A DNA stretch of 64,000 nt from Balanoglossus misakiensis (GCA_040954595.2 CM082588.2:8974844-9038843), one strand, 5' to 3'; numbered from the stretch's first letter, positions 25,601 to 37,936 are shown. Notes: generated by a model not told the origin, from the letters alone. A program made the numbers and translations.

Positions 25601-26801
25601 AGTATGTGGGTAGTCTAGGGGGGTCATGTCCGTGGGGAGTCAAAGGTCCATGGGTCATCTGTTCATACTGAGATGGAAGTGAAATGTCTACACAAATGAA
25701 TCTTCATGTAATAACCCTATAATCGTATTTTTACAAGGCACTCCAGTATAGTGATTATTGGCTGACCTGAAACTGAATTCTGTCATGCTAGGGAGTTAAA
25801 TTGCGCGGACGCGTATGCGCAAGGGAATTCGGCGTACTTCACCTTAATTAGGGAAACTAACCTGTATGGGATGGAGTTTATCTTCAACACTGCCAATGCC
25901 TTCAATGGTAGTAACAGCTTTCCCATGGACCGAACAAACAGGGTAGAGACAAGCTGTAACGCAGAAATGCCTATGGAGGGAGGGGGCAAGAAAGACAGAG
26001 AGGGGGAAATAGAAAAGGAGAGGGGTAGTAGTTTAGTTATTTACTTTGTATATCGCCAAAGCAGGATTTCCGACATAAAATAATATTTAAAAGTTAGTTC
26101 ACATGGTTATTCACCATTATTACCTAATTTCCTTTGAAACCGCATCGACGCTGGACACCATCACAGTACAGGCACCACACCCACCTTCTCCACAGGATAA
26201 CTTTGTTCCTTTCAAGAATACTGGGGAGCAGGTGTTAAGGAGAATATTTTGCAAGGCTTTTTCAAAAGTGTTGCCTGTACATGTGGCAAGATACGATTAC
26301 ATGCTAAATGCTATCTTTTTAACTAATTTGGATACTTTAATAGTTAAGCGGATGTTTATGCTTACAAATGAATATACCTGCAAATTTCAACTTTGTTTTC
26401 ATTTTCAAATTAACGCGCAATGGCAAATCAACTAAATGTATGGCATAAAGATATGGCTCTAGCTATCGACCACATTATGTCCATGCATGTACAACAACGT
26501 TAGGTAGGATACAGACATCTCTCAGGTACATTAGTAAAGTCAGTTCTGGATCAATGTTTTTCTCAACAACCTTTAAAATTAAAAACAAAAACTAAAATTA
26601 GAATTAGATCAAGTTGGATGTGGATGAAATTAACAACTATACAAAACCACCACCTTCCGAAAACATTTAGCGTTCTTCTCGGGTCCTCACACCCCTACAC
26701 ATTTTTGTGAATACTGTCTTAAAACATGAACTAGGCCTTACCCTTTTGCCATTGACATAGAAGACGAGCACATCACTTGCACCGTTGTTCAGTTTGTCCA
26801 T
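7646..26801 (-). CDS. Xanthine dehydrogenase/aldehyde oxidase family molybdo-flavoenzyme (aldehyde oxidase-like), 29 coding exons, ~1316 aa
   Basis: Hand-built exons (minus, start-end): 26801-26742, 26570-26513, 26220-26124, 25970-25862, 24752-24564, 24205-24038, 23121-22980, 22073-21906, 21148-21072, 20808-20712, 19858-19752, 17525-17329, 16678-16423, 15883-15781, 15382-15331, 15034-14929, 14380-14261, 13806-13585, 13465-13332, 13185-13011, 12544-12353, 12055-11910, 11275-11194, 11033-10809, 10331-10257, 9631-9579, 9201-9021, 8567-8379, 7816-7646. Phases are compatible and the total is 3951 nt; all introns are GT-AG except the exon 18 acceptor. Motifs: 2Fe-2[31 protein letters not shown]; [13 protein letters not shown]; Moco [51 protein letters not shown]. 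An alternative in-frame ATG lies at 26813. Confidence 0.93.
7926..7973 (-). pseudogene. Truncated duplicate of the oxidase terminal exon ([15 protein letters not shown])
   Basis: Same acceptor context TTTTCAAAAG|GGTAT as the true last exon at 7816; encodes [10 protein letters not shown] versus [10 protein letters not shown], then TGA after 15 codons. Confidence 0.7.
8029..8155 (+). repeat. Dispersed repeat, second copy at ~14009-14135
   Basis: TTAAAGGG(G)CAATTTT(C/T)AATCCCTGG...TTTAGATAAAGCT is shared by both intronic copies. Confidence 0.7.
9765..9890. repeat. Dispersed repeat, inverted copy at ~54645-54747
   Basis: CCCATAGACAATGGGTTGCGGAGAGGTGTTAATCCTTACACTGGCTCAG is reverse-complemented at ~54658-54706. 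Confidence 0.75.
10519..10704. mobile_element. TTAA-flanked ~185-bp MITE, family A (Kolobok-like)
   Basis: TTAA|AGGTATACAGTCACCT...AGGTGACCGTATACCT|TTAA. Other copies at 15420-15604, ~14660-14778, ~20037-20221, ~35659-35820 and ~52400-52565. Confidence 0.85.
11562..11700. repeat. Short hairpin MITE
   Basis: GCCCTGACCATTAAC(G/A)TTTGTTTATGGGC is inverted across a short spacer. Confidence 0.7.
15420..15604. mobile_element. TTAA-flanked MITE, family A, opposite orientation
   Basis: Same TIRs and TTAA flanks as 10519-10704. Confidence 0.85.
17197..17240 (+). repeat. (GTT)n microsatellite
   Basis: Directly visible in oxidase intron 12. Confidence 0.9.
17647..19640. mobile_element. Non-autonomous DNA transposon with TTAA target duplication (Kolobok-like), host of a nested L2
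   Basis: TIR GGTGGCATTGCA(C/T)GAAA at both ends, with TTAA at 17643-46 and 19641-44; lies in oxidase intron 11. Confidence 0.75.
17692..19035 (-). mobile_element. 5'-truncated, decayed L2-clade LINE (RT C-terminal half)
   Basis: [70 protein letters not shown]; frameshift near 18530 and stop near 18266; (ATT)n tail at ~17692-17706; possible TATTT TSD. Confidence 0.88.
21229..21552. mobile_element. TTAA-flanked ~320-bp MITE, family B (Kolobok-like)
   Basis: TTAA|AGGGACAAAGTCTCTCTCTCGCTGC...GAGACTTTGTCCCT|TTAA. Confidence 0.85.
22491..22864. mobile_element. MITE with ~65-bp TIRs
   Basis: TCTGGTCCCCTGCCCCAATCCCACCGCTGGCT...GGGTCAGGCACGGCC is inverted at 22799-22864. Confidence 0.8.
23517..23593 (+). 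repeat. Tandem duplication of ~37 bp
   Basis: ACCCCCC..ACAAGTTGTTTCCCTACACAACATTGT occurs twice. Confidence 0.85.
23602..23930. mobile_element. TTAA-flanked MITE, family B
   Basis: Same TIRs and internal sequence as 21229-21552. Confidence 0.85.
24901..25176. mobile_element. TTAA-flanked MITE, family B (internally deleted)
   Basis: Same TIRs, TTAA on both sides. Confidence 0.85.
26221..26512 (-). other. U12-type (minor spliceosome) GT-AG intron 2 of the oxidase gene
   Basis: Donor GTATCCTAC, branch site TTCTCCTTAAC (TCCTTAAC at 26241-26234) 13 nt before the exon, and no long polypyrimidine tract. Confidence 0.85.
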
Positions 26802-27827
26802 GGTTCTTGGCATGACAGACACAATTCTGCGTGAGACATGAAATTGATCAATAAAACATTTCAGTTGCCTCCTTAAGTACAACTAAACGCTCGCAAATTC
26901 AAAAGTGAAACCAGTGTGATTATCTGACGGTACATTTTGTAAAGTCACGTGAAAGTTGATGAAGTCACACGTAGAGTATGCTCCGTTATATCATCTTTCA
27001 CCCATATTTAACCAACAGGCAGGTCTGTGTTTTCAACAGGTGCTCAGGTTGGAAATGCTTCGAATAATGATGAACATACGAGCCACTAGGTATTTACCAT
27101 ATTGACCGGAAACAGAAAGTTGACCCCGAACCGTGCTTTCCTATGTTACTTCTAATTGGACATTTTTCCGATTACAGTATACACTTCTAACTGACCAATA
27201 TGAGGGATCCAAATATAACCAGATTCAAAAGTCTCGATCACTTATGCTTAAATCACCAACTATGATCGTCAAGAAAACGTCCAGCCAGCACAATGTATAC
27301 TATGTCAGTTGCAAGGTTACCGTGACCTCCTTCCGCTCTGTGTGTGACTCCATGAAACCGTAGGCCTCAATTTACACCAAAACTACCAACAAGAAAACCA
27401 TTCAGAACTCCAAAAAAGACTACCAAAATTTCTGCAATTGTTTGGGTTATGCTTTATGTAAGTCGAATTTAGTGTCCAAATAAAGCAACCTTTATCTAAA
27501 ACGTAATCCTAACTTTTGCGCAATGCTGAAAATACATAAACAAATCTGGGATAAACATTCACAAAAATTAAAGTTCCGCAGTATTCGATTATGTTAATTG
27601 TGAGCACTCATATAATCCACATGTCAGACATGTTAATAACATCCGTCTAACCGCCTCACGCACAATATATCCACACTTACCTGGGATAAGCTTATGTATG
27701 TTGACTGAGCCCAATGAGATGCCAAGACAGCGCGCATCGAGCCTGAGAGTAAGTATAGCTGACCTGGGGTGCACTGTGCACGTGATCAGAGTGAAATGCA
27801 CCGTGTCAAGGAGACTCTGTCAATAGA

Positions 27828-28413
27828 GAGGTTTAGTTACACGTAAATACGTTCGATCAGTACGCGTAGCGTCATTGTCACGTGATAAGCAGAGGTCGCG
27901 TACGCGTAGAACAGACGTTCGGAACGGCAAGCGACGCTTCTACGCGTAATCATGATTACGTGTAACATTTTTTCGGAATTTCTCGATATTCTCTCTTTAA
28001 TTTGAGCGATTGATCTCTGCAGTGCAATTGTGATGTAGCCAGCATCCATGTTATCTAAAAAAATCTGCCATATGTGCTAAAACCGGCGCTATTTGGTGTT
28101 TTCAAAACATAAACACAAAAATGTATTCCCAAACTACGTTTTCAGTGGACGCCTCGACAAAGACATCGAAAAACATCACTAAACTATCTTTCCACTGCAG
28201 TCAAGAAACTTATTGCAAGGGTGGTGATCTTAGAGAATATTCATCACTCATAAAATTTATTGAAGTGATAAATATTTGAATTTTCTATTGTTTTTAAATA
28301 TTTTTGTTATTCAAAACGGACAACTAAACCGCAAAATTCACGCGTCGCTACGCATACGCGAACGCCACTGCCTGCCGTCAGACGTACGCGTATTTACGTG
28401 TAACTAAACCTCT
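27828..28413. mobile_element. MITE upstream of the oxidase gene
   Basis: TIR AGAGGTTTAGTTACACGTAAATACG. A second small MITE (GAGGTTATAAACGG TIR) lies at 28444-28579. Confidence 0.8.
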
Positions 28414-28875
28414 TAAGCTGTCAAAGTTGAAAATTTGTAATTAGAGGTTATAAACGGCTAGCGAGGGTATTTGGTTGCGGATATAAGACCTCTCAGGTGA
28501 AAATTAGCATATTTGGCGGGAAATAATCACCGAGCGAAGCGAAGCGTACCAAATACCCGAGCGCACCGTTTATAACCTCATAATAATATGATTTTGCTTG
28601 ATAAAGATAAACAATTTCATTTTTTCAAATCCGTTGTTTGGTTGGGGATAAATCGTGCTAGTTCTAGGGCCTCGTCGCGCACTGTTCCAGAACACGCAAG
28701 CTGAGCTTGTGCAAACGCGTTCTAGAATTTCTAAAGTCACGCGATTTTATGCCATCGCCAATAGAATGTGGAAAGTGCGTTCTATTCAGGCGCGTTCTCT
28801 TCTACGTGTTCTATTTCGGATACTTTTTAAAAAACTACTGTTCAGGGTCCAGGTACTAGGTCTTCTTGTCGAGAA

Positions 28876-29171
28876 TTCTTCGATATCAAATGACGTCAGA
28901 CGCGCTCAGTCGGCAGTTACGTTGGCATTCAAATTTCCAGATGACGGGCAACTTCAGCAACGTGGACTTACGTGGTGCAGACAAAGACTGTGCAGACGAA
29001 ATGCAATGAGGCTGATGAGGCACCATACCTGATACATGTTATGTGTTTGGCGGTTCTAAAGTAAAAACATACTCGGAAAAACTTTTATTGGATTGCGAAA
29101 TATTGCTTGCCCGTCATCTGAAAATGACAACGACGTGGGTCTCATGGCCAGATCACGTGATTGATAGTAAA
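28876..29171 (+). repeat. ~290-bp dispersed repeat (copies at ~35019-35296 and ~40673-40939)
   Basis: Shared TTCTTCGATATC...CAACTTCAGCAA...CATGGC(C/T)AGATCACGTGATTGAT, same orientation in all three copies. Confidence 0.8.
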
Positions 29172-29431
29172 GATACAGCCAATCAGCGAGCTAGATTCAC
29201 GCCAAGCATATTATAATGTGCTTTTCGTGTGACTCGAACTTTCTCACAAAAAGCTGAGAAGGAAGAGGATTTATGGAAACGCCGTTCTACTTGAACAGGC
29301 ACTATATGCACTGCTATAACAATCTGTATGCTGTACAAGTACCCCAAGAATTTCATTATTCGCCTGACCTCATGTCGCACAGATCCAAACACGAGCCACA
29401 TACGCGCACATATCACAAAAGTTTCATATTC

Positions 29432-29870
29432 AAAAATGTACTGTGTGTTCAAAAAGGCCATAGTTCTCCTAAAGTCAATTGTAACCTTTATGTTCGACTT
29501 TCACTACAACTGCTGCAATAACTGTTTTCAAAGAATTCATTCTACTAACACCTCCAGTAGTCTGTGTGTTACTACCTGTAGAAGTATATTGAATTTCACA
29601 TTCTGTGACGTTACGCACCACGCATCACGGCCTATGCCCATGCCCCCAGGCAACACTGAACCCATAATGGGATTCATTAACAGTACAGTGAATGCTGACT
29701 TTCTAGACTGTTTTAGGATGAACTATTCCCTCAGAAATCTTTTTCACTTCATATTAGAGTTGTGTCCCGGGCGTTTGCACACTGTCAACGAGTACGTCGA
29801 AACACGAGATCAACAGAATGAGAATATCGATGTATTTGTGATAGCGGGTGACACTTAGCTTGGTCTCCAT
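29432..29870 (-). pseudogene. Possible decayed signal-peptide + Ig-like domain coding sequence
   Basis: One frame from ATG 29870: METKLSVTRYHKYIDILILLISCFDVLV...*...KVSIHCTVNESHYGFSVAWGHG...MNSLKTVIA...HKGYN*L*ENYGLFEHTVHF*, with several in-frame stops. Ig-like C/W/GY spacing judged by eye. Confidence 0.35.
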
Positions 29871-31343
29871 ACCCAGTGTGGTAAAACTGAACATTTACAT
29901 ATTTAATATGGCTCTCCAGGGTCCGTGTGCACGTGTCTGTCTAGAGAGTGAGTTTGAGCTATGACGTGTGTGTTATTAACGCCAATCGATAGCTTGTAAA
30001 TGCAATGCGCAGAAAATATTTACTGTCAACAAAATCGAAAATCAATTATAGAAAGAAATGGTGCACCTTTTCAGTAAATAAGTGTATTCTCCGTTATTAT
30101 TTGCATAATAAACGTATAGCCTAAGCCGTTTCCGTGTCCAATGAGGCCAGGAGAAGAGAGTGTGAGTGAAAAAAAAAATCAATCGAATTTCACATATGAT
30201 ATGTATGAAAGCCCGTTAGTATCTCGTGCTCACGAGATAAAAAAAAATTTGCTTTACGAAATGTCCCTAACGGGCTTTCATAGATATGTCGTCACCATCG
30301 AGGCGGACACGGTTATATAACTGAATGAACGGACCACATGCCAGGCGTTTGTAACAATGTTTTTTTTTATTAGTATTTTTTAGTATTTTCTTATTATAAA
30401 GAGGCTCCTTGTGATACCCCACTGTCAATCTCTTTATGTGATAGTGGGGTATGGCAAGAAAAAAAAAGCAAAATTAATTAACTCGCCGGCAGCCGGGAAT
30501 GTTTTATTTCAGCCGTTGGCGGCGGCAGCAGTAGCTCTGGACTCTCTCACAGCCCACGTTTCGCTACAAGGCTCTTCACTGACGCGCCCTCAACCGTTAA
30601 GCAAAGGAGAAGCGCCACATGGTGTTGTGCAGCGAACCTCTCGAAATCAGACCATACACCTGCATGGACGGTGAGAAGGGATGTGAGAGAGTCTACATTA
30701 GCTCTGACCAAGGAAAGATTGAGGCACCGCCCATTTTGGACATTTTAGGAGTGGGTCACGTTCGGCCCGGGTTTCCTTTGTACATGTGAAATTGTAAAAC
30801 CCGAGATTTGGAGGCCGCGTTATTTTTTACCTTGACAGTCCTCCTGACGAATCATTTTAAACATTTTGAAATTACGAAACTTATATAGTCTAATCATTTG
30901 AATATATGCCTGGGGTTTATTGAAAAGGGAGTTTTGGAAAATAGTTGGATTGTCAACATGCTTGTAATTGGGACCAATGATTGTTTGTACGATCTACTAG
31001 TATGTCTCGAGTCGTCCTCTCTCTCAGCAGAAGTAAAGGCGACGCCTAACTCTACATCTGATTTTAATCAGATTGAATTGAAGAATGCTCAAGACACAAT
31101 GTACACCTCTCATACCCAACATGGGTGAATTTTAATATTTTTTCCATACAAGATTTCTGTACAATATTGCTGTTAGAAACGTTCGTTTTCGCCTCGATAT
31201 TTTCGTACACAGTTTTAGTATTGCACTGCACTGAGACGCTCACATGCACCGATATGCAAATTGTCACAGTTATATCGGTTAACCATTTCTGATTGCGATG
31301 CCAAGGTTTTTACTGACACTGAAACATAGAGGGCGCTGTTACG

Positions 31344-34300
31344 CTAGCGACAACAGCCCCGACAACAAGAACAGGTCTTTCGTTTGGAGCACCCCTTCAT
31401 CCCCATACGGATGAATCGTAATACTCGTTGCTGGGATAAACTTATACAACTGGACATTAATATGAGTCCTATTACTATATAGATAGATATAAATGTTGTC
31501 GTTCGTAATATATTATTTGCAGAATTCTCATAATTTGGAATTAAGTCGCCGAAGCCGACAGTTGTAAAGGTGATTGTACTGAAATAAACACAGTCAAGGA
31601 AAGTCCATTGTTTTTGGGATACGTTTAACAAGGCCGCCCCAGCTAATATATATGTTAATTGTAGTGTTAATAGTATAGATATCGGCACTTCAACCCGTTT
31701 CTCTTTTTGTTCCACACTTTTTAGAGTTCTGGTTATTGCTCTTTGTCGACTTGTTCCATTCTCCATTTCCTTGTTCAATTTGATCACCTGAAGGTCATCA
31801 TTGCTTTGTGACGCCGCGTGGGATGACTTGGCAGTTTCGCGCTCTGTATGCTTTGCTCTGGTTTCTAACAAGCTGCCGTCTGTCTGCGTTCCGAGAGACC
31901 GCTGTCCAGCTTTGGTGAAGAGATTGTCGTCGTCGTCCAAAACTTCCACTTTGCAAGAAATGTCCCCGTATTCCGGTATACCGGGAAGATCGGCCGTTCT
32001 TCGACTGGGCTCGTCCTCGCCATCTTTGGTAGTGCTATCGTAGTTGATGTCTTCGTTGATATTGTGCGTGAAGAACGACATGGTACTTCCAAAGCGGCTA
32101 ATACTATCACCGCTACCTCCACCGCCGCCACAATCACAATCCGGGCATCGCGTACACGATTTGATGATTTTGCCGTTGATATATCGCAGGGGAATCGAAA
32201 CCAAATGTCCGGCTCTGGCGAGGAATATGAAAAATAGGGGAATTCCAATGACTGCGTAAATCAAAGCAGCTAGCCGTCCCATCTGAGTTGCTGGCGTGAT
32301 GTGGCCATAACCTGTAAAAGTAAAAATAAACATTTTTATTTCCATATGTTCTAGGTATATGCGGCTTGTATGGTCACCAAGCCCAATGGGATAAGCATTA
32401 ATGTATCGTTCACCACTGACATCGCAACGAGCTCGAGAACAGCGCTAGCCGTTTTTATTTCTGCAGAAGGAAACAGAACCACCGCATATAATTTATCCAA
32501 TATCACCATTGATCGGGCAAAGAAATCGCCACCCTTTAAAACGTAGCATTTACTTGTGACGTCATGCCGTATACTGCAATACAGTAGTCGTCTTCATTTC
32601 ACAAAATGAATAATATTGTCGAAGCACCTTACTACATAATTTTGAACAGAACGCAAAAACAGATAATTTAAATTATTAAAGAATAAAGCTTTTAATGGAT
32701 TTTATCGGTCGATCATTGTTGTAAAATGTGCATTTGACCACATAAGTTTACAAGTTGATTTTTGGTCTTTAAAATTATCAATAAAGGGAGAATTTTTAAT
32801 TGAAAAGAGAGACATCAAAGGCCATCTCAGATAGCTATCACAAATGAGATTGTATTACGAAGAGTTGAATTGAAAGTACAAGGGCGCTGATAAAAGATCG
32901 ATACCAGTACGTCATTGCTTTACAGATAAGACCTTTCGATTGGCTCTGAATATATAGACATTTCTTTAAATCTGAAAGAAACACTATTTTTTTTTAAAAC
33001 TTGGGCTGAGTTACCCATGTGGCAGTGTATATTTGGTTGCTATTGGCAACTGTAATACAACTGTAAGCGCATTGTCTGAAGCCGGGAAACCGTTGTTGTT
33101 GATGAAGAACCCTATTAAACAATACCCGGTTTGCTTTTGTCAAGAACCCAACGAACTAATACTATCTGTAGAGCAAGACTTAGCAATGCCGTGAGGTCAT
33201 CCATCTCCAAAACGTCTTTAATTAGGGCACTTACTTCGGGAACTAGCATATTTAAAGTTACCAAAGCCAGGTTGGTGTTTAATGGGGGCGGGATAGGTTC
33301 AGAACCATTTTGCTCAAAAACTGTTGGGGATAGGGAAGGTGTACGGAATAATTTCACCGTGCTGTTTTTGTCCGATCTCTTTTGTCGTTCTCTCTTGGGA
33401 GAAAACAGATCAGAGAACTGACTGTTCAAAGTATACTTTTAGGATTAACCATCAAATACGTAACAACATCGAAAGTGTATTCAAATACTGCCGCCGTTAC
33501 TCGGATTTATCGCCGCCAAAAGCCTGAGGAAGCTCTCTGCTCAAATATGCTTCCCCAAACTAGGTTATAATCAAAATGAAATTCTTCGTCACATTTTGCG
33601 TCACTGTCTCCTTCAAGCTGGACCGACGAGGGATTAGTTGATCACATAATATCCGAGCTAAAAATAGAACGCACGTACAATGCATTGTTGTGGTGATCGC
33701 CTGTTATAACGATCAATACCCGTGATGTCGCTAAAGTCTTCCTATGTAATTTACCTGCGAGTTCCGTCACGAAAGCAAACATCATTATAAGGTGGACAAA
33801 ATGAGGTCCTCTTCAAGCAAAGCAAGTCGGGTTGCTAGACGGACAAAGGTCACGGGGTTGATGGGCGATTCTCAGAAAACCGATTACGGTTGTAACAAGA
33901 AAAAGCAAACTATTCTTGTACTATTTCTTCAAGAATAACACTGTATATGGATTCTGTTATGGGGCGTATCCCAAATTATGCCGTAAATACATAGCGTTAC
34001 AGTTATTTGTCAGCGAAAAAGAGAAATCAAGACTGATAGTCTGCCATTCATAATTTTCTTCGTTTCAAGCTCGTTGGCTTTCTGAACATGGTACCGCGTC
34101 TTCAAGGCCAAAAAATGAAATGTTTCTGGTCAGCGCCCGCGTCACTTGAATAACAGCGCGTCGCCCTTTTTTCTGTTTTTTTGGTGACGGCAACGGCAAA
34201 CTCGAACTGTTTCAGCTATATCTATAAAACACTGGACACTTAGGGGCGCGTGATCAGTGACTGCATCAACAATGTACATGTGACTGTATGGATAAAACTA

Positions 34301-37300
34301 TAAAACTGACCGTCCTTCCTCCCTTGAGGGGAACTTGAAAAATAAAGAAAAAATTCGCGTCGCCGCACCATTTTTTAAAGAAAGGCCTGACCAGAAATAT
34401 TTCTTTTTTTGGCCTAAAACAGTGACTTGTCAAAATTAGACTTACTTGCTGCCTTCATTCGCCGTTGAAAAGTCAGTTAATTTACAGCAGGTTAATAATA
34501 ACCTTTGACCTGTAAAGTATTTATTTCATTATCATCATGATGCTAAAAAAATTTCACCTTGATACATGTAAATGGTTGAAACTAACGTAAACTTGTATTC
34601 TGATCTGCCTGTAATTGTCTCGACATCATGAGTAACAACTGTTGTTATTATTGATGAGAAGAGAATGCCACATTTCATGTACAGACTGTAACACGTTTTT
34701 ATTGTGATCACGGGGGGGGGGGCAAGGGGTAACACGCACTAGTTGAACCTACGCGACAGTTTCAGATCAAATTTATTTCTGATTTAGAAAGAGATAATTA
34801 ACGCATCTTATTAAGATTGTTATATTAGTCATTCGACCCATTACCATTCAGAAGTCCACATGTAGCAGAAAAATAGTTATATTTTAAGGGGGAACCATGT
34901 TTCAGTTCTGGGGATTTGGGGGAAAGATTGTTGGCCAACGGTGCGTACTCAGGGGGGAAACCCCTTCTGTAGTGACTTGAGGAAAAAATGACTGGCAATC
35001 AACTAAAAATTACTGTAATTCTTCGATATCGCGCTCAGGTGCAGTTAAGTTAGCATTCAAATTTCAGCTGACGGGCAACTTCAGCAACGTGGTGCAGACA
35101 AAGCAGACAAGACTGTGCAGACGAAACGCCATGAGGCTAAAGAGGCACCATACCCGATACATGTTACTTGTCTGGCGGTTTTAAAGTAAAAACATGCGCG
35201 GAAAAACTTTTACTGGATGCCGAAATATTGCTTGGCCGTCACCTGGAAATGACTACGCCGTGGGTCACATGGCCAGATCACGTGATTGATAGTAAAAAAT
35301 AGTGGACGAAAAAAATTGCTGACATCCCAAAACCCTCCGTCCCCCCAAAATCAAATTGTTTTCCCAAGGTCAGCACATACAGACGAATAGGGAAGAAGTG
35401 TCCGCCTCTGGAAACACAGGAATTTGACATTAACCAGTGAATGATGACACTCTTATGTTTTGTGTTTATTTATTAATGTATAGATTAGGTAAAAATCGAC
35501 ACATATCTTGGCTGGAAATGTTAATGCAATACACAAACTTCAGTGAGACAAATTCAAAGATAAGAAATTTCTAATTTTTCCAAGTTTTGGTTAAATTACT
35601 TGTGCTAGAGATAATGTTCTTTTCGAAGATTTCTCTGTTCCTGCAAAGAATGATGCGAGTATACAGTCACCTCAAATTTATCTTCGACTGACCATATATA
35701 GTTGCGCACTATTTTCGTGTGCCCACCACCCAAGGAAAATCTATCATTAGGCAAGATCTCAACTGTTGTTGGTAACTGTAGCTAATATTAGCTATTGCAT
35801 GTGACTAACAGCCAAATACCTTTTAAAACAGCTCAAAGAGTGGTACGTGTTCTCTCTCATCGCTATTTCATTGAAAATGAATCGGAATCGTCAGACATTT
35901 AGAAGTGTGTTCATGACGATTGTCCTAGTCGGGAAACCTTTAGATATTTATGCGACCGGAAAGGAGTTTTACCGATTTGTTTGTCAAATCCTGATATTTC
36001 AGAAGATTTTGAAAATGTGCATGGGTGAAACCATTTTTAGTTATGTTTTATGAAAAACATCCTTGCTTGATAAATACCCCCCCCCCCCCCACACACACAC
36101 ACATCGCGGGGCGTCGGGCGGGGTACAAGTATAATTGTTTCTTCCGTTCACCAGGGATAAAACTTTCTGGATTTGTTCTAGCCATCGTTCGTTTCATAAT
36201 GCTATTTTTTGAAGATTTATGAACTGATGCATATTACATGTTTGGCGTCTATTGTCAAGTTGTTAGATAAAAAAGTGACTGCAAAGGCTATCCCGTTTAT
36301 AAATATGTAATATTTATGGTCTCTGATACTAATTATCTAGTCCGTGATTAGCAACATTGCACGTCTTTTGTCATTCAACTTCAACGTAAAATCTTTATAA
36401 AACATAAACGATTATTGTGACTACAACTACATAATTGACTTCTGCTGTATACAGACGGGGGTCTGGTCTTGTTGGAATAGTGCGTTGTCAATTTTTGCGA
36501 CTACAACTACGACTACAAAATTGACGTCTACTCTTTATAGACGTCATGAGAATTGACGGGTATATGGTCTTGTTGGAATAGTGCGTTGTCATCTTTTGTT
36601 CAAGTTACCGGAATTCATCCTTGGTACCTGAATTCGAATCTTGTTCCCCAAGGTCATTGCGAGTTTGCATGTAATGATCACAATTTATGTGGCGCGTAGG
36701 AATAATATATTAATCCGGAACATTTAAAAATTGAGTCAAAGTCTGCTTTTTAATGGATACTTTTCCTTAAAATTGTAAATGTTGGAATAGTGCGTTGTCA
36801 TCTTTTGAAATCAGTATTTAAAAATGGACAGTAAGTGACGTGTTGAAGTGTTTGTGTCATGTGACCGCAAGTGCTGAATGAAGGCCGTCGTATTTGTAGC
36901 ACTTCCAGTAACTGAAGATGACGTGTCTGACACACGCACACCGGCAATCCGCTTGCCAGTTCTTGCGCAGGGTTCGACTGGTCAACTAACTCATGCCACT
37001 TGGCATTGCTATTGCCAGTGGCACTGTCATAGTTTCCTACAGACAATCTCGTCATTACACGGGGTACAGCTCTTACGGGGTGACGGGAAAAAGGAAACGT
37101 TCTTCAACTATTTTTCACTTTCTTCAACTCGATATTATTAAAGTTTCTCTATCGGAATTCAAGCATTTAATGATCCGAGTTACATTACGGTGTGAAAACC
37201 ATTAGTCCGTAGCATCATTTCTTTCACTGAAACCAATACGGGGAAGTGCATTAGGTGAACTTCAAGTTGTTGCTGCGTAATTATAAGAAAATTAAACCGC

Positions 37301-37936
37301 CTGTAATGCGTCTGTGTGTACGTAGCTGTCATGTTGCGTGTCCAAGCCCAGGGTACCTTCGGTCAAAATGACTGGGGATCATCAGCGTATTATTCCCTAG
37401 TCTCTGCACAAAATGCAACGGCAACGCGATATGTGGCCGACAGAGCTTTTTTAGAGTTGCTGAACAGTCCACCAGCTCGCTCCTGGACTTGGTTAAAACG
37501 CAACCCATACCACGCCATGCAATTTGAATGCAGTCACAAATGTTGACTTACCTATTGTACTGACAACGGTCAGACAGAAAAAACAGGCTGACAGATAGCC
37601 CCATTTACTTTCGAGTCTCAGTCGCCAGCCGTGTTCCCAGGCTAGTTGTAACTCGCTCTCATAGTCATTCAGCAGCTCTCTGGCAGTGTCGGTCCAATTA
37701 TCGGAACTGATATTGAGTAAATTTTGAAGTAAATTCTCTCGGACGACGTTGACTTGGCGCAACGTGTCTTCTTCGTGCGGTGACTCCAACAGGTTAAAGA
37801 TAAGCCCGCCTAAAAACAGATAGGCCGTCGTGATAAGGTACAGTCCTAAATGACTCCACACATTCCGCCATGGTATTCGGCGACAGCACGATTTCTTGTC
37901 TTGGCACTCCGAGTCCAGGTCGGTGCGTACCTCCAT
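31344..37936 (-). CDS. Two-pore-domain potassium channel (K2P, TWK/KCNK18-like), 2 exons, ~450 aa
   Basis: Exon 1 37936-37552 (M1, cap, WGYLSACFFCLTVVSTI G|gtaag); exon 2 32311-31344 (GYGHITPAT, M2 YAVIGIPL, long loop, M3, P2 FTTVGFGD, M4). Confidence 0.92.
34106..34414. mobile_element. MITE (Harbinger-like GGCC termini)
   Basis: GGCCAAAAAA..AAAT(G/A)TTTCTGGTCAG is inverted at 34387-34414. Confidence 0.7.
36845..37050 (-). mobile_element. Possible decayed hAT-transposase BED-finger remnant
   Basis: Minus frames give YDSATGNSNAK and GSATNTTAFIQHLRSH, resembling the BED-finger C-terminal helix. Imperfect TAGG(G)AATAATA inverted ends at 36697 and 37399, but no TSD. Confidence 0.3.

Noticed and set aside
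29328-29858. 176-aa plus-strand ORF as a real gene
   Set aside because: No recognisable domain or splice context; better explained as an antisense shadow or chance ORF.
33115-33620. Overlapping ~100-aa ORFs in the K2P intron
   Set aside because: No motif recognised and no consistent exon boundaries found.
36455-36805. Three TGTTGGAATAGTGCGTTGTCA direct repeats as a CRISPR-like array
   Set aside because: Irregular spacing, spacers partly homologous to each other, eukaryotic intron and no cas genes; ordinary local duplication.
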